Shown one piece after another: positions 26,257 through 39,235 of a stretch of 64,000 bases of DNA. Each line of letters starts with the position of its first letter. Position 1 is the stretch's first letter. The notes below the pieces were generated by a model. It ran no database searches. It saw only the letters and a list, made by a program, of their open reading frames with translations, and was not told the origin of the DNA. This DNA is from Fimbriosthenelais zetlandica (taxonomy: Eukaryota): positions 27,156,001 to 27,220,000 of the forward strand of contig OZ365112.1 in NCBI GenBank assembly GCA_977030845.1, written 5' to 3'. The translations under genes were made by a program, and so were the position numbers.

Positions 26257-26540
26257 TTGCCATTGTCCTTCTTCTCCATCACCCGGTGCTGCTAACTGGA
26301 ATATCAAAGGCCAGCCATGTCCCCCACTGTCTATGGTGAGAGGCATAGCCTTCTCTCCCACTGCCTTTGGTGAATGGCATGTAAAAGACCAACCTTATCT
26401 CCCACAGTCTATAGTGAGAGACATGCAAAATAATAATTTTGTCGTTCGGGAAGAGCAGGCCATTTTTTGCTGACAGCATGTTTCTTTCTCATCTGAAAAA
26501 TTGCTGACCGGACATTAAACAAATACTTATTCATTCATTC
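26257..26540 (+). mobile_element. SINE copy with core unit x3
   Basis: GTGCTGCTAACTGGAATATCAAAGGCCAGCC, units at about 26306, 26347 and 26385, tail AAAAATTGCTGACCGGACATTAAACAAATAC..(ATTC)n. Confidence 0.9.
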
Positions 26541-27892
26541 CCTACCTCACTCTTTTCCTCACTCCCCCATTCCCTCAGTCACTCCCTAAAATTCTCATTC
26601 CCTCATTCACTCAATCCATGCATACCCACCCCCACCCCATACCCCATATCGCCCATATATTGGCGCATGCTCTGAGGATTTCCTCTCAGACGATGGATGG
26701 CCAGCAGGAAGTCGATGTGAGCGGAATTGGGGTCAGTCTTGACTGGGGCGGGCTCATTATTCCATCGATCTATACGCTCCATCCCAAGATTCTCTCCCCG
26801 AAGCGAAAATATGCTCTGATTGATATTTTTTTTGAAATATTTTTTAAAACCCTTCCTAAACACGGACGGTCCATTAGGCGTTCTGGCCTGGACCACTCGC
26901 TTCCATTAGAGATTCATTGGAGAATTTACCTGTACATTGGTTATAATGAGACGGTAAATAGCATCAGTGCTTGAAGCCATGGGAAGAATGGCCCTCTTGC
27001 TCATATGGCTAACGGCCATTCATTTCTCATTAATCTTGTCTTTTATATTGATTGCCCTTTGGAGGTGCAGCTTGAATAGGGAGGATTGTATCTATAGGCT
27101 CACCAGTACGGACTGGTCCAGCTAAAAGCTTGGTCTACCTGCCTCCTATACATAGTCCCTGCTCAGCTACAAATGGAGGCAGTCCTGCAAACTAGCCATT
27201 TTGCACAATGAATGCACATTGTATTCCGTTTGCAGATTGTCCAACCCTCTAACTGCCCCCCTCCGGCCCAGTCCAGTATCCTCTGGTCCAGCGTCCCCCT
27301 CCTCCAAGTCCAGCAGCCCCCACCCCGTTCATCCTTCACCTCCCCTACCCCTCACCAACCCCCTCCCCCCTTCCCAAGCCCCGATGTTACATTGTGCTTG
27401 CACGCTATCCTATTTATGGGCCACCATTTGCATTTAGCCACGCGTTCCTCCTGCCGTGGCCCATAATAACGAAGCAATCTGGGGGGTGGAATGACGGATG
27501 CTGGCGCTATCTTTTCACCCCGGTCTCAGCCAGTATGGCCTGCCTTCATGGCCATTATCGTACTGCATTTATGCATAAAGACTCAGAGAGGTGTGGCTGG
27601 GTGGGTGGTGGCTTTATACTGAAGGGCTCCTCACCATCCACTCCCACTATTGACCCTTCATTTCAGCCTAATCCTGCTATAGAATTGATTTCTGACTGTG
27701 GAATTATTTTCCACTGATTTCTCAAGGAATTATCTTTTTTTACCGAGAATAAATGAACGTGTGTTGTCACTTCATCATGTTTTAAATCTTTTTGAGGGCC
27801 CAGTCACAGCTGCCCCCTTCCAAAAGATTTGTTTTGGGGACATTTAATTAACTTTCTAGTGTTGAATAACAGATCACTTGTACTGGTAATCC

Positions 27893-28025
27893 TCCCTATT
27901 GCGACCACTGATATTACGAGTTATGACGTAGGTTAGTCGTATTAGAGAGGTTCACCTGTAATAGATTGCAAGTGGACGCTGGCTCTTATTAAAGAGGTGG
28001 TCGTGTTAGTGAGGTGGTCTTTCAA
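27893..28025. mobile_element. MITE fragments
   Basis: GCGACCAC..GTCGTATTAGAGAGGTTCACCTG-TA (27960), followed by TTATTAAAGAGGTGGTCGTGTTAGTGAGGTGGTC. Confidence 0.55.
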
Positions 28026-30390
28026 CGACTTATATCCATTTAGTTACATATAGGTCTAGATATCCCTTTTCATTAAGTCAGATTCATGGCTTCTCATTGC
28101 AGGAAATTATTACCAAAGACTTATTGTTGCAATAATAAAGGCGTATTTCATTTCCTCCCCATCCCATATCAAGAAACCTTCCCTTGTCTAATTCCAGATA
28201 CTCCTGATGAAAATCCAATATATTTATGCGAATATTCTTTCAGTTCGCCATATATGGTGATACTGACAAAAAATCCATCATACATGGATGAATAATAGCA
28301 CTGATCTATTATAGATATATCCATTAGATAAGAGAGAGATGTGGATATATATATATATCATGAGATTAACCTTATCAGTTTTTACAGATAACCCAGCACC
28401 ATGGGGTGACCTGGCAATGACCGGCCCGTTAGTAAAGGTAAGCAGATTAGTGCTGCCCCCTAAACCCCCTACACCCCCACCCCCTACACCCACCACCTCC
28501 ACCTCCCACCACACACCACCTCCTCCCACCTCCCCAAGTGTTTTCACATATTGTCCTCAGCCGTATATTATATATATATTCCCAGCTCCAGTATGTTGGC
28601 CTTTTAAAAACCCCTTATAACTGAACCCTGTACCTTCTACCACTGACTTATACATCTTACCAATACGACCATGTCTGGCATGAAATGCTCTCTCCGTAGC
28701 TTCCTTCTAAGCTGAAGAAAAATATATACACATGTATATATACATACCTACAATGATTGCAAGATATTTTTACTCTATTCTTCAAACTTGAGTGTTGTAT
28801 ATGTATTATATAAACCTTTTTTTAATCCATAAATCCCAATGGAATGAATGCCCAACTTTCTAGTATACATCTGAACTCTTTCTATCTATTAATTGAGAGA
28901 TACTGCCTCTCGTTCACTCACTGATGTATCTAGAACGACTCTTGCATTTTGAACTCCCGATGGGGTAACTCCATTAAGGATGTTTGCGATTCTTGCAACA
29001 CTTACCACATGAAGGTAGGGACCTATTACAAGCTGCAATTGCAATGAAAAGTTGCAAGAATCGCCTGGCCAAACTCCCTAGTGGAATTATCCCATAGAAT
29101 CCTGTACTTCTATACTGCTCAGTTTGCCCATATAAAACACCCCTCTGATAAGATATACCATCCCTGTCTAATCCTGAAATCCAAACCTTCATTTCTTAGA
29201 AATGTTTTCTTATATTGGATGCCCTGACCTATAGAACCATAGCTAAGAGTATGTCTGATTGAGAACTCCTATCATAGTCTAGGCTGCATATATAACACCT
29301 ACAGAGAATATTGAGAACTATTGTTATAATGTTACATACATTTTAACACCATATCCGTAATTTATAAGTTGATAGTAGATAGTTTACGATATTTGTAAAT
29401 ATGTAAAGATTATTTGAATACCTATCGCATACCTTTAAAATTATGATTCGCGAGTAATGGAGAGTTCGAAGTTTAATGTCAATTCCCTTATGAATGGAAT
29501 GCGAAAGGTTCCATTTTGTGTCATTTTCTCCCTTTACAAGTCAGCCTTTTCTTGCACTGAACCTCCCCCGAAAGCCTTTGTAACCCTATCTAATGTTATG
29601 CATTTCCGCTGACTCTTCATATAAGAATGAAATATGTCGTGCTCCATTGAAAACAATATTTGTTTCAGGTCCTTTTACCTTGACATTTAAATGCATAATT
29701 TAAAAACATATTTCTTTCGTTTTACATTGCCATTTTAGTCCAATAAGGACAAATGTTTATAAGCTATTAACAATTCAAAAATTTTCAGATCCGTTGTCTA
29801 TTATATGTACAGGTATATCATTGATATTTTCATGCGCAGGTGATATGGCATCGGTGGGGTGGAGGTCCAGGCCACAGTTCAATAGTATGCATTTATAACT
29901 ATTTTATCCCCAATTCCAATTCCCTTTGCTCAGACCTTTACCACATTGAATTAGAAATTACACTTTTATTCAGTGTTCCAATGACCAAGTCACTATAGTC
30001 CCCGGTTCCTTCCAAAGACCCTACCTTCTGGAAATTTATTATGATGACCTGCCCCCTAATCCCTGATGCAATGTTCCTTCCCATTCCCCTTCGTCCAACA
30101 CCCCCACCCACATCTCCTCTAATAAGTCCCATACCCCTCACTCGCCTGTTATTCTGGGACTTCCTTTCACTCCACCTTCCCTTCTTTGTTATGTCTCCTT
30201 GCGACCCCGCATCACTATTTCATGAGCCACTTTGGTTTTAAGTATCCCTTTATGCCCGTTTTGTTTTAGTTTTACTTGATGCTTCAGCCTTCCAGAGAAT
30301 AAAACAAGAGTCTCACTCACTGGAGAGAGTCCCTCCAAACATAGAATGGGAACACAAGTAGTTGTCATTCTGTAGAGACTCACTCTGAGA

Positions 30391-30616
30391 GTTCTCCAAA
30401 TGTGCCATTGTCCTTCTCCAGTCAGTGCTGCTAACTGGAATATCAATGACCAGCCATGTCTCCCACTGTCTAAGGTGATGAGAGGCATTTAAGGAATTAA
30501 AACATTGCTACCTTTTGAGATAAGCAGCCATGAATGTGTGCCAATAGCGTGTTTCCTCGTCCTGAGGTAGTTGAAAGATTGCTGGCTTTGTTAAACAAAT
30601 GCTCGGGCACTCACTC
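30391..30616 (+). mobile_element. SINE copy
   Basis: TGCCATTGTCCTTCTCCA..GTGCTGCTAACTGGAATATCAATGACCAGCCATGTCTCCCACTGTC..GAGAGGCAT, followed by tail. Confidence 0.9.
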
Positions 30617-30770
30617 TCAAGAGAGACCCTTCTGACACAGAATGGACCCGAGCATTTGTCTTTCTGTAGAGACTTTCTCAAGTCTCAATGTGTGAAGGAG
30701 TCGGTGTGAGTCACTGTCGGGTGAGTGCTAGGTCAGATCTGCTCGCCTTGTTCAGGCAGTCAGGTCAGAG

Positions 30771-31015
30771 TTAGAAGTCTGGGTCAAGCATTGACTCGCG
30801 TGATTTGCTCTCACTGTGTTGAGCTGCTCTCAATCTCGCAGTGAATACAGTCGTCATGCCTTTACTGGTATTGTAAAGTCCATCAGAAAGGCCGTGTTCT
30901 AAAACCATTAACACCTGAATGCTCCCATTCACTGAGGAGGATAAGGCCATCTCGCTACTTTCATTGGCAACAATTATTTGGGAGAGTTGGGTCAAGTTGA
31001 CTAGGTTTTCTCCCC
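30771..31015 (-). CDS. Candidate coding exon (GENLVNLTQLSQ...SRESMLDPDF*), unknown product
   Basis: Strong minus-strand acceptor TACTTTCTTTCTTTTTTAG at 31017/31016 followed by about 80 open codons; no homology recognised and no strong donor. Confidence 0.2.
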
Positions 31016-31474
31016 CTAAAAAAGAAAGAAAGTAACACAGAATCTTTTCTTGGATCTTTAAAGTGTTCAAGTTACATATCTCAATTTGCTCCCAGATCAC
31101 TCTGTCTTGTGGACATATTGCAGTGAAATTTCACTAATGCGATCTGAACCAACTGCGATCATATAGCGAGAATGTCGGTTGTTTGAGTATATATCGGTTG
31201 TGGCCATTCATACAGAAAAGTAGACGGCTAAACTTTGCTATCAGTAACTTTCAATCCATTTGTTGTGCCGCTTTGACTTCTCAGTGTTCATACTATAATG
31301 ATATGGTCGCTGTAATGAAGCGGTCTTTGCACTATATTCTACTGTACCTTGGTTCTATGTAGACCTTTAACATTCTGTTTACCCCTTTTATCTGGCAAGG
31401 GAAAGGATTAACAAGTAGAATAGTGGCATGCTAAGTCAGAGTACTAAGCCAATATCTGACTCGACCCCGCTCTG

Positions 31475-31590
31475 TGACCCACACAGGTCAAAGGTCAGGT
31501 CAGAGGTTAGTTTAGACAAGGCTGCGTACAGAGGGCGCTCTCAACCGGAACAGGAAGTTGCCACTCCGAAGTGCAAGGTCAAGGCCACTT
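31475..31590. promoter_or_regulatory. Nuclear-receptor element cluster (DR1 plus extended half-sites) with tandem ETS sites
   Basis: AGGTCA-A-AGGTCA 31485-31497; further half-sites to 31509; CAAGGTCAAGGCCA 31574-31587; CCGGAACAGGAAGT 31545-31558. Confidence 0.55.
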
Positions 31591-32281
31591 GAAATGGAGA
31601 ATGGAGAGTAGTGATGCTTTCATAAGGGTGTTTTCGCAAATATCCGAGTCAAATTTCATCGTATATTTGCATTTCTATGATGAAAAAGAAGATGGAGAAT
31701 GGTTGCTGATGGTCTGTAAACTGTAATGGAATCACAGTCGAAATCACAATGTGGCAGATGGTCTTCTTAGGTGACATTAGACCCTGTTATGACCTGGTAT
31801 ACTCTGATATAGGTCTATAATAGATCACATAGACTATCCCTCGTACCCATGACAGGTCTGAGATCACGGCTCTCAATCACCCAATCGATCAGTCCCTCTG
31901 AAACAAAAGTAACTCCAAGATTGGCCATGCGAGTGTTTCGATGCCTAATTCTTTTTCCAAGCGGGATGCCTCTGAACTTGGTCCCATATTCCCATACACA
32001 GAGAGGACTTTTATGATTGATATTCCATATTTTGTGATCCATAATAAGTGAAACGTAATGTTTGCATTAGCACTGCTGGACGACAGTGATGTATAGAAGG
32101 AAGGTCATCGCTCATCTCCTCCCCACCCCCGCCCCCTGTCCCAAACTGCACGGATCCCAAATGTCCTTATCTCCCCCATGCCCAGATTTCATCACGCCCG
32201 GTGAAAAGAATATCTCCATGACAACTCATGGAAGTAGACCTGTATATGGCATGGCCAGGTGATACGTCATCCGAGCGTGCC

Positions 32282-32480
32282 CGGGGGTGGGGGGGGGGGG
32301 GGGGGGTGGCATGATGGATCCATGAGAGATACATACGTGTTGGGATGGTGGGTGACGGGGGTTGGATTGGGGCAGGTTGCAGAGGATGGGGGTTGGGTAG
32401 GGACTGATATGGGGGATGGGAGATTCGGTGGGGATCGGGACAGGGTAGTTGGTAGGGACTGGGGAATATTGGGCATGAGG
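32282..32480 (+). repeat. Poly-G run and G-rich tract (G-quadruplex potential)
   Basis: Long G run near 32289-32306 and many GGG tracts downstream. Confidence 0.75.
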
Positions 32481-33810
32481 ATCGTAGAGATCTACAATCT
32501 TTTCAAGGTAAGAGTTAGGAAGATGGGTGTGGGGCAGAGGAATTAGGACCTCAGATCTAACTGAGATCTACATATAGCAGTCTCATGCCTGAATCCATCC
32601 AATCCAGCCTAACTTGAGATGGAATACTGTCAGCATTATCTCTGGTACTGTCTGGTACCGTCATCAGCACTAGGTATGGCCATATATCTCCTATCAATTA
32701 TATTTCACCTACTCCCTCATTACATTGCCAATATAAGGCTGTTTACAGCAGCGTCTCCAGATCGCTGCTACATGAAGCAAGGCTCTCACTCACACGGGGC
32801 TCGGCTATGATGCTGCCCTCTGTGCTCTGGTTCCGAGCAATTGGAGGGGAAGGAAAGGAACAAACTATTGGCTTCAATGGTATTTTTTATACTACTGTTG
32901 GAGGTTACTATATAGGCCATGGCTTAAACTAACTTTCATATTGTAGCCATATTATGTCGATTATCCCTACCACATAAATGATAATTTATCATTTATCTTA
33001 AAGCAGTCTTAGATTGAAGTTCTATCCTTTAATTATACCATTTACTTTATCCCAAATTATGACCAATTATGTATATATAAAGTCATATAATGTCCATATA
33101 AGACCATTTTTGGCATGGACTGGGAGAAAGAACATCTGGACAAAGCATTTCAGGGTCGGCACCGCCTACTTTGGTGCCAGTGGGAGGAAATATGGTGAAA
33201 GTCATGAATTTAGGGCATATTGCCAAAACATCCCTCCCCAAAGCCAAGAAAGCTGCTACCCGATCCAAATGACCTTGTTTTTTTGGTCATCTCTTTTGTT
33301 CTATCTGGAACCACTTTTCATTCTGAGATAGATTTGTAACTTGTCATGTTCTATTCGACTTCCCTACATTAATTCATTTGACTCCGAAGTCCATTGTATA
33401 CATCGTTCCTTCTTAATTTATATTCCTTCCTTCTCTTCTGTCCGAAACACTTACCTTTTAATCCCCATTTATTCCTATACCCTTTTTGGACTCACTCATA
33501 AAAAATAGTGCAAAACCATTGCCAATAGATTTGGCAAGGATAGCGACACTCGGGAGCCCAGTCAGAGTGAGAAAATAGTGGTGTCTTTGTCACCTATTGG
33601 CGTACACATTGTTACTGTTGGAGAAGAGGCAGAGGAGTGTATAGCCGGTAGTTGGGGAGTCATTTATATATCACACTTCCACTGGAGGAGTAACAATGGT
33701 CTGTTGTCATAGTGACGATTGTCCCTTGTCACCAGGAGCAGATGGTTAAAGTCAGGAGTGTATACAACTTCATGTGGTGGCTTTCCTCCTAGTGACTCGA
33801 CTCCACCTAC

Positions 33811-33930
33811 CAGGTTCAATTCGCCAAGCATGCTCCGAATTTTACCTTTTCCATCTAGTGCTGTTAACTGGGATATCAATGTCTCCCACTGTCTATGGTG
33901 AGATGCATGTAAAGGAACGATTGTTGCAAT
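33811..33930 (+). mobile_element. SINE copy
   Basis: GGTTCAATTCGCCAAGCAT..GTGCTGTTAACTGGGATATCAATGTCTCCCACTGTCTATGGTGAGATGCATGTAAAGGAAC. Confidence 0.85.
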
Positions 33931-35937
33931 TCAATAATCTAGCCTCTTCAATTTAAATTTGTTTAATAATATCATTTATATGGAACCGATCTGGAAGTAG
34001 GTGGACTTCAGGTAGAAACAATTTCCACTAAGATGATAAGAGACCATCTTTAATTAAAGGTTTATATCCCTTTATTCTATGTGTTTTATCAACTCATATA
34101 ACACGTATCTACATTTATTTTATTGCATATAACAGTTCATGAACTTTAAATGGAAAAACTCACTTGTTCTAACCTCTGTGTGTTCAGAGCTAGGTTTGAG
34201 CATAGACTCTCTCGTTTGTGAGAGGATAAATGTTTTAGGCACAATGGGTAGACCATTTTGTTAATAGTTTTGTATAGGGAAAGGTCTTGCGTGTCATTTG
34301 GCTAAACTTAAATGGAAAGCTACGGGCTGACAGGTGCCTTAATGTATTGGTGTTAAAGGTCGCGGCATGACTTAATTCCATAATAGAATCTCCTCGCCAC
34401 TTCCAAACCACGTACACATTCACAGTTATTAACCTTTTGTCACTCTCTTTATTAATAATCGTCCTTAGGATTTTGTTTACAACATCACTTGGCTTTGAAA
34501 TGTTATTGAAACGATTAATACTTACAATACTGCGTGATTTAACATTGTTTCAACCGTTATTTATTGATATAAATTGAAGAAAAATAATATTCAAAATATT
34601 GTAATGAAGTGATTTTGATAGACTATAGACAAATCTATAGCTTATTGCCCCCTCATTGGCCACCTCTTAATTTAGAATAGAAAAATGGCAAGAATTATCT
34701 ACAAAAAATGAGGTATGATTCCTCAGTATCAAGACTGCATCTTTTATTTGAGAAGAAAAATCACTTTGAGAACTATAGAAAGTGGCAGCACCGTACATCA
34801 CCACCTATTTCATTACCTTAATGGAAAATACTCTTGGCGTGCTACAACATTAAATTTAATGTTTAACAAAAATGTTTAGCACTTAGCTATAAAGAGAGAA
34901 GTCAACGTAGGGATGTATATGTACATGTATAGGTTCCATTGCATGATGTACTTGCCGAGAGATCACCTGTCCTTTAGAATCAATCACTTAGCGCTCCCCT
35001 CCCCCGTCCCAAGGGATATTTCCTCAACATCTCGCGTGTTTCATTTGCATGTTCTACCATATACCCCTTCCCTCCCGCTTCACATCATGTCTTCTAAGGC
35101 TAGCCCCACATTGAAGGGGTGCGACAGCCCAAATTCAAACCTCAACACATCATTTTTTCATTACAACCTGTGTGTCTTAGATAAACGCATCCGTCCGAAT
35201 AGGCAGTTGAAATGTCAAAGCATTTTGGGTGAAAACATTTCCATATTTCATATGCATCTGGGGCTGAAATATCTACCGAATTCAGCACTACCGAATTCTG
35301 GTGGCTTGTGTCTGGCATTGCAGTATGCCTGCTGAAACGTTTGTGGAAACCGCTTGCGTTATACCATGCGTTCAGTTCTAGACGCCCCTGAAGTCTGAGA
35401 AACGCACCCACGCACGCCTCCAGCGTGTGGTCACCAGGGCTTACATGCCTACCACCTTCCAAGATTGCACTGCCAGAGAACATTACTCAGCAAATGCCTC
35501 ATCACGCCTTCTGCAGTATGCAGCGCGCAGTGATATTTCCCCTCCGTACTACTTTTTCGCTCGTCATTAAAGCTTGAAGTAGGTTAGGAAATGATTATTG
35601 ATTCTCAGCTTTTAATGGCCGTCTTCGTGCTCCTCTGGCCTTGTTGAGTTTTTAATATTTCACAATGCTCGTGTCCGGTAATTGAATCCGGTTGAATCTG
35701 GTTGACCTTCGGAGAAAATAACTGGCGAACGTGTGTTTGCCATGTGTGAAGAGCAGTCCTCGAGATCAATCATACCTCAAATGACTGTTGTTTTTTGGGA
35801 GCTATGATTTAATTGCGAAGCCTTCGATGCTCCAAGGTTTCCATTCTAGGTTTGTCTTTTTAGGCAAATATATAAAATAAGTACTCTTCATGATCTTCGT
35901 ACACCAGTAAAAGTATAGTAAGCAGAAATGAAGAAGA

Positions 35938-36119
35938 AATGTTGTTCAGTCAACAATTTTTCTGGACGAGGTGGAAACACACTGTCGGCTAACTATGGTC
36001 AGCTTTTCTGATGGCAAACAATGGCCTTCTCTTCTGGAATGGCAGCAATGTTTTTTTTTTACATAGTTCTCATCATGGGCAGTGAGAGACAATGCCTCTG
36101 TCCTATTCCAGTTAGCAGC
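35938..36119 (-). mobile_element. SINE copy (minus)
   Basis: Reverse complement: GCTGCTAACTGGAATA..TGTCTCTCACTG..ATGATGAGA..ATGTAAAA..CATTGCTGCCATTCCAGAAGAG..AAAAATTGTTGACTGAAC. Confidence 0.75.
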
Positions 36120-38431
36120 CAAATAGAAGGGAAAACATACCTGTTTTTAAACCTGATCCTTTGACCTTCGTGAGTTTGCCATCTCCCCTTTCTTTCATTT
36201 AGCCCCCCGCCCACGACCTCCTATACCCTGCATGCCACCCCCTGCCACCTACCCACCGACTTTGATGACATGCAAATCAACCGGCCGTTCACCGTGCCGA
36301 AGCAAGGCAATCTAATTAGTGAACTATGGTTCCTACGTGACCGAGGCAGCAATGGGCAGACCACACCATGGACATTTTAAGACGGGCTGTGTTTTAAAAA
36401 ATGCCATCCCCTCCTCCTGTTCAGCATCTTCTAAAAATTCCTAAGAACTTCCATGTCTGTTATTCGTCACTGAATACAGGTGAACCCCGCTTATATGAGA
36501 TCCTCGTTATCTCGTCATTCTCAAATGTGGCTACTTTATTGCAACTGGTGGTCGTAATAGTAATGTTTACCAGTATATAATGGTTTGGGAAGTTAGTCCT
36601 TGATTATGTAAAGTACCAAACTGTTATCTTGTAAAATAACTATATAGATCCACAACTTTCAAGGCGGCCAGACCCTAATTAAGGGTTGAAATGAGACCAC
36701 CTATAATAATGTGATTATGAAAAGAGTAAGACAACTGATGCCTCGTCCACTGCCCTACTTATTCCACCCAAAAACTATGAAATAACTTCACACCTCTGTA
36801 TCTTACTATTTCTCTTCCCCCAGAGAAGTGTGAAAATCTAGGTGACATGACAGTTATGATTTTTTGACTGAGGGCCAAGGCAATGTAAGAGTTAGATTGT
36901 GAGTGTGGAGGGGAGCGGGAAATAGTGTTTACATACGAGGCGAACTTGGCCCGATATGGTCCGCGGATCTTCTATGAGTACATGAAAACTTTCCAGAAAT
37001 ATGCTCACCAATTCTCATGGGGGCATCCGGTACATCCCTTAGGACTTATAGAAATGGGTATCCTTAGAATAAAGGCAGATAATCTGAATGTGAAAGGGCA
37101 AATAGGAGTGAATGTCCTATGTTCATAGACGATGGAGTTGCAAGTGCAAGTTGTGCCTAGTATAGCCTCCATCCCAAGTGACGATTTCACTATCTGAACA
37201 CTAAATAATATAACACTTAATTACATATACTCACTAAATCGACCACCCAGTCATATGTCTAAACTGAACCTGTCGTATTGTTTGTTCTCCACTGTACTAT
37301 ATACAATATGTATGAACCATATTCTTTTGCTTAAAGGTCATTCCTTCTTTTTATTTATTTCCTCGTTTGTCATTTCATATCCCCAGATGTTTATATGTTC
37401 CCAGAAGCATGAATTTAAATCCTTTATCTAAACAACCTTAAATACTTCTGTTGTTTGGGATAGTCGTTCATTCATGCCATGTGGACATTAGTGTTCATGC
37501 TATATGATAGTAATACCCACATCCGTCCTGGCATAAACCTATGTACAGATCTTGGAATGCTTGGTACACACTTCTTAAGCCATTCTGTAAATTTCATTCA
37601 TTTTGACGAAGGCTTTCTGTGGTCAAATCCCTTTAATGGACTCCTCACGGAGCGGAGCAAGGAATATGTCAAAAAAAACATCTTAAAGAATTCGCTTTTA
37701 CTATGTAAGCCCACATTTAGGATGCTTGAATCCATTCTTGACTTTGTCTGCCTTGGTTTACCATTAGTTTGCCCTCTCGAGTGGTTCTGAGACCCAAGAC
37801 ACGATTTGTTTTGTCTTTAACCCTCACCAACTTCTAGTGGACAATTCTTTAGTCTGCAGGGTTTATGTATAAAACTTCAAACCATCCCATTTCTAACGAA
37901 GAATTGTACCACATGTTGAGAGAGTAAAGGTGTCCAATTGTCCAAACGCAAATCGCGAAATTGATTAAAATTAGCGACATTTTAAATACGCGTAATTATA
38001 TTGTTTTGCAGTATTTAAAAGCAAAGCTTAAAGAGTTTCAATATTTCAAGTCACTCAATGTGTTTATATCATTAGAATGATTGTGTTTGTATACACACGA
38101 CTCCTGCTCTGAATGATCGTGTCAACATCCACAGGACATGAAACACGTACCGTTTGACTTGGCCTTTAAAAAGGAAAAAAGGAAAACAAGTAAAAAACAA
38201 ACCAAAGCTCATCAAGTACTCGGAGCCACTCAGCGCCATTTTTACACACTATTGTGTCTGTCTTGTGTCTCAACATCGCCAAACGGAACTCATTCACCGA
38301 GGTTTTATGATGCTCTTAAATCTCCAGCTGCACTAGGCCGATTTAGGCTGGGTCTTTTTTTCTTTTTGGTGAGCTCTTGTTATTGGGAACAATCCACCTG
38401 TGAGATTATCAGGATTAGATGTGTAAAAAGC

Positions 38432-38565
38432 GCATTCTCATCTGTTCTTCTCCACCCAGTGCTGCTAACTGGATTATCAAGGGTCAGACATGTCTCCCAC
38501 TGTCTATGGTGAGAGGCATGTTGCTTGTGAAATAACCATTAATGCCTTTGGAGAAGAGCTGGCAA
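38432..38565 (+). mobile_element. SINE copy
   Basis: CTTCTCCACCCAGTGCTGCTAACTGGATTATCAAGGGTCAGACATGTCTCCCACTGTCTATGGTGAGAGGCATG. Confidence 0.9.
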
Positions 38566-39044
38566 TTGAGAGCCAACAACTCAGACCTCAAAGGTCCCAA
38601 ATTGGCCCCGAAGCTTCCTCTGATTTCTTCCATACCTGAAAATCATGCAGCCAGTTACATTTCATTAATGTTCAGAGCAATTACGTTTTCTATCATTTCT
38701 CACAACTCCTTCAAAAACATTGTTTTTTGCTGCTTGTTTGTGCCATTTTCTGCTGACATTTTGCTGTTTAAATTACTGTTAAAAGGCAGGTTCTTCTCAT
38801 AGGGAATAATTAAAGTTCCATTCTTAGCGATTGTGGCTTCGTACATGAGAAGATGCAAATGCCTGAGGTTATCCTGAAGACTTTGGGATGTGCTGTTTTC
38901 ACTATTATTTAGTTTTTACGTTTTTATGTTGTTTTTTTTAATTTAACATAATGACACATTTTCGAAATTATGTAACTCATTCGAGTGTCCTTTGGAACCC
39001 TGCCATTTGCCTTTAAGACTTAGTTCTTAAGACCCTAGTCACTG

Positions 39045-39235
39045 TACAGTTGGATCCCCTATAGAGTGTAATCACATTTAAAGACCTCACTAAAAGCGAC
39101 CATCCCAATATGCGACCACTGCATATTTAGTCAGAAAGAAATATTTAACCCCACTAAGACAATCACTAAAGCGACCATCCCTCAATACGACCTCAATCAG
39201 TTCCTACCCATGGATGGTCGCACTACCTCAAATCC
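39045..39235. mobile_element. MITE, degenerate
   Basis: TA-CAGTTGGATCCCC left end; internal GACCTCACTAAAAGCGACCATCC and GCGACCAC repeats typical of this family in the window. Confidence 0.5.

Noticed and set aside
31122-31135. 14-bp palindrome AGTGAAATTTCACT
   Set aside because: About four such palindromes are expected by chance in 64 kb.
37937-37951. 15-nt match to miR-219 (ATTGTCCAAACGCAA), recalled from memory
   Set aside because: Seed position 2 differs and no complementary arm lies within hairpin distance; a chance match is plausible.
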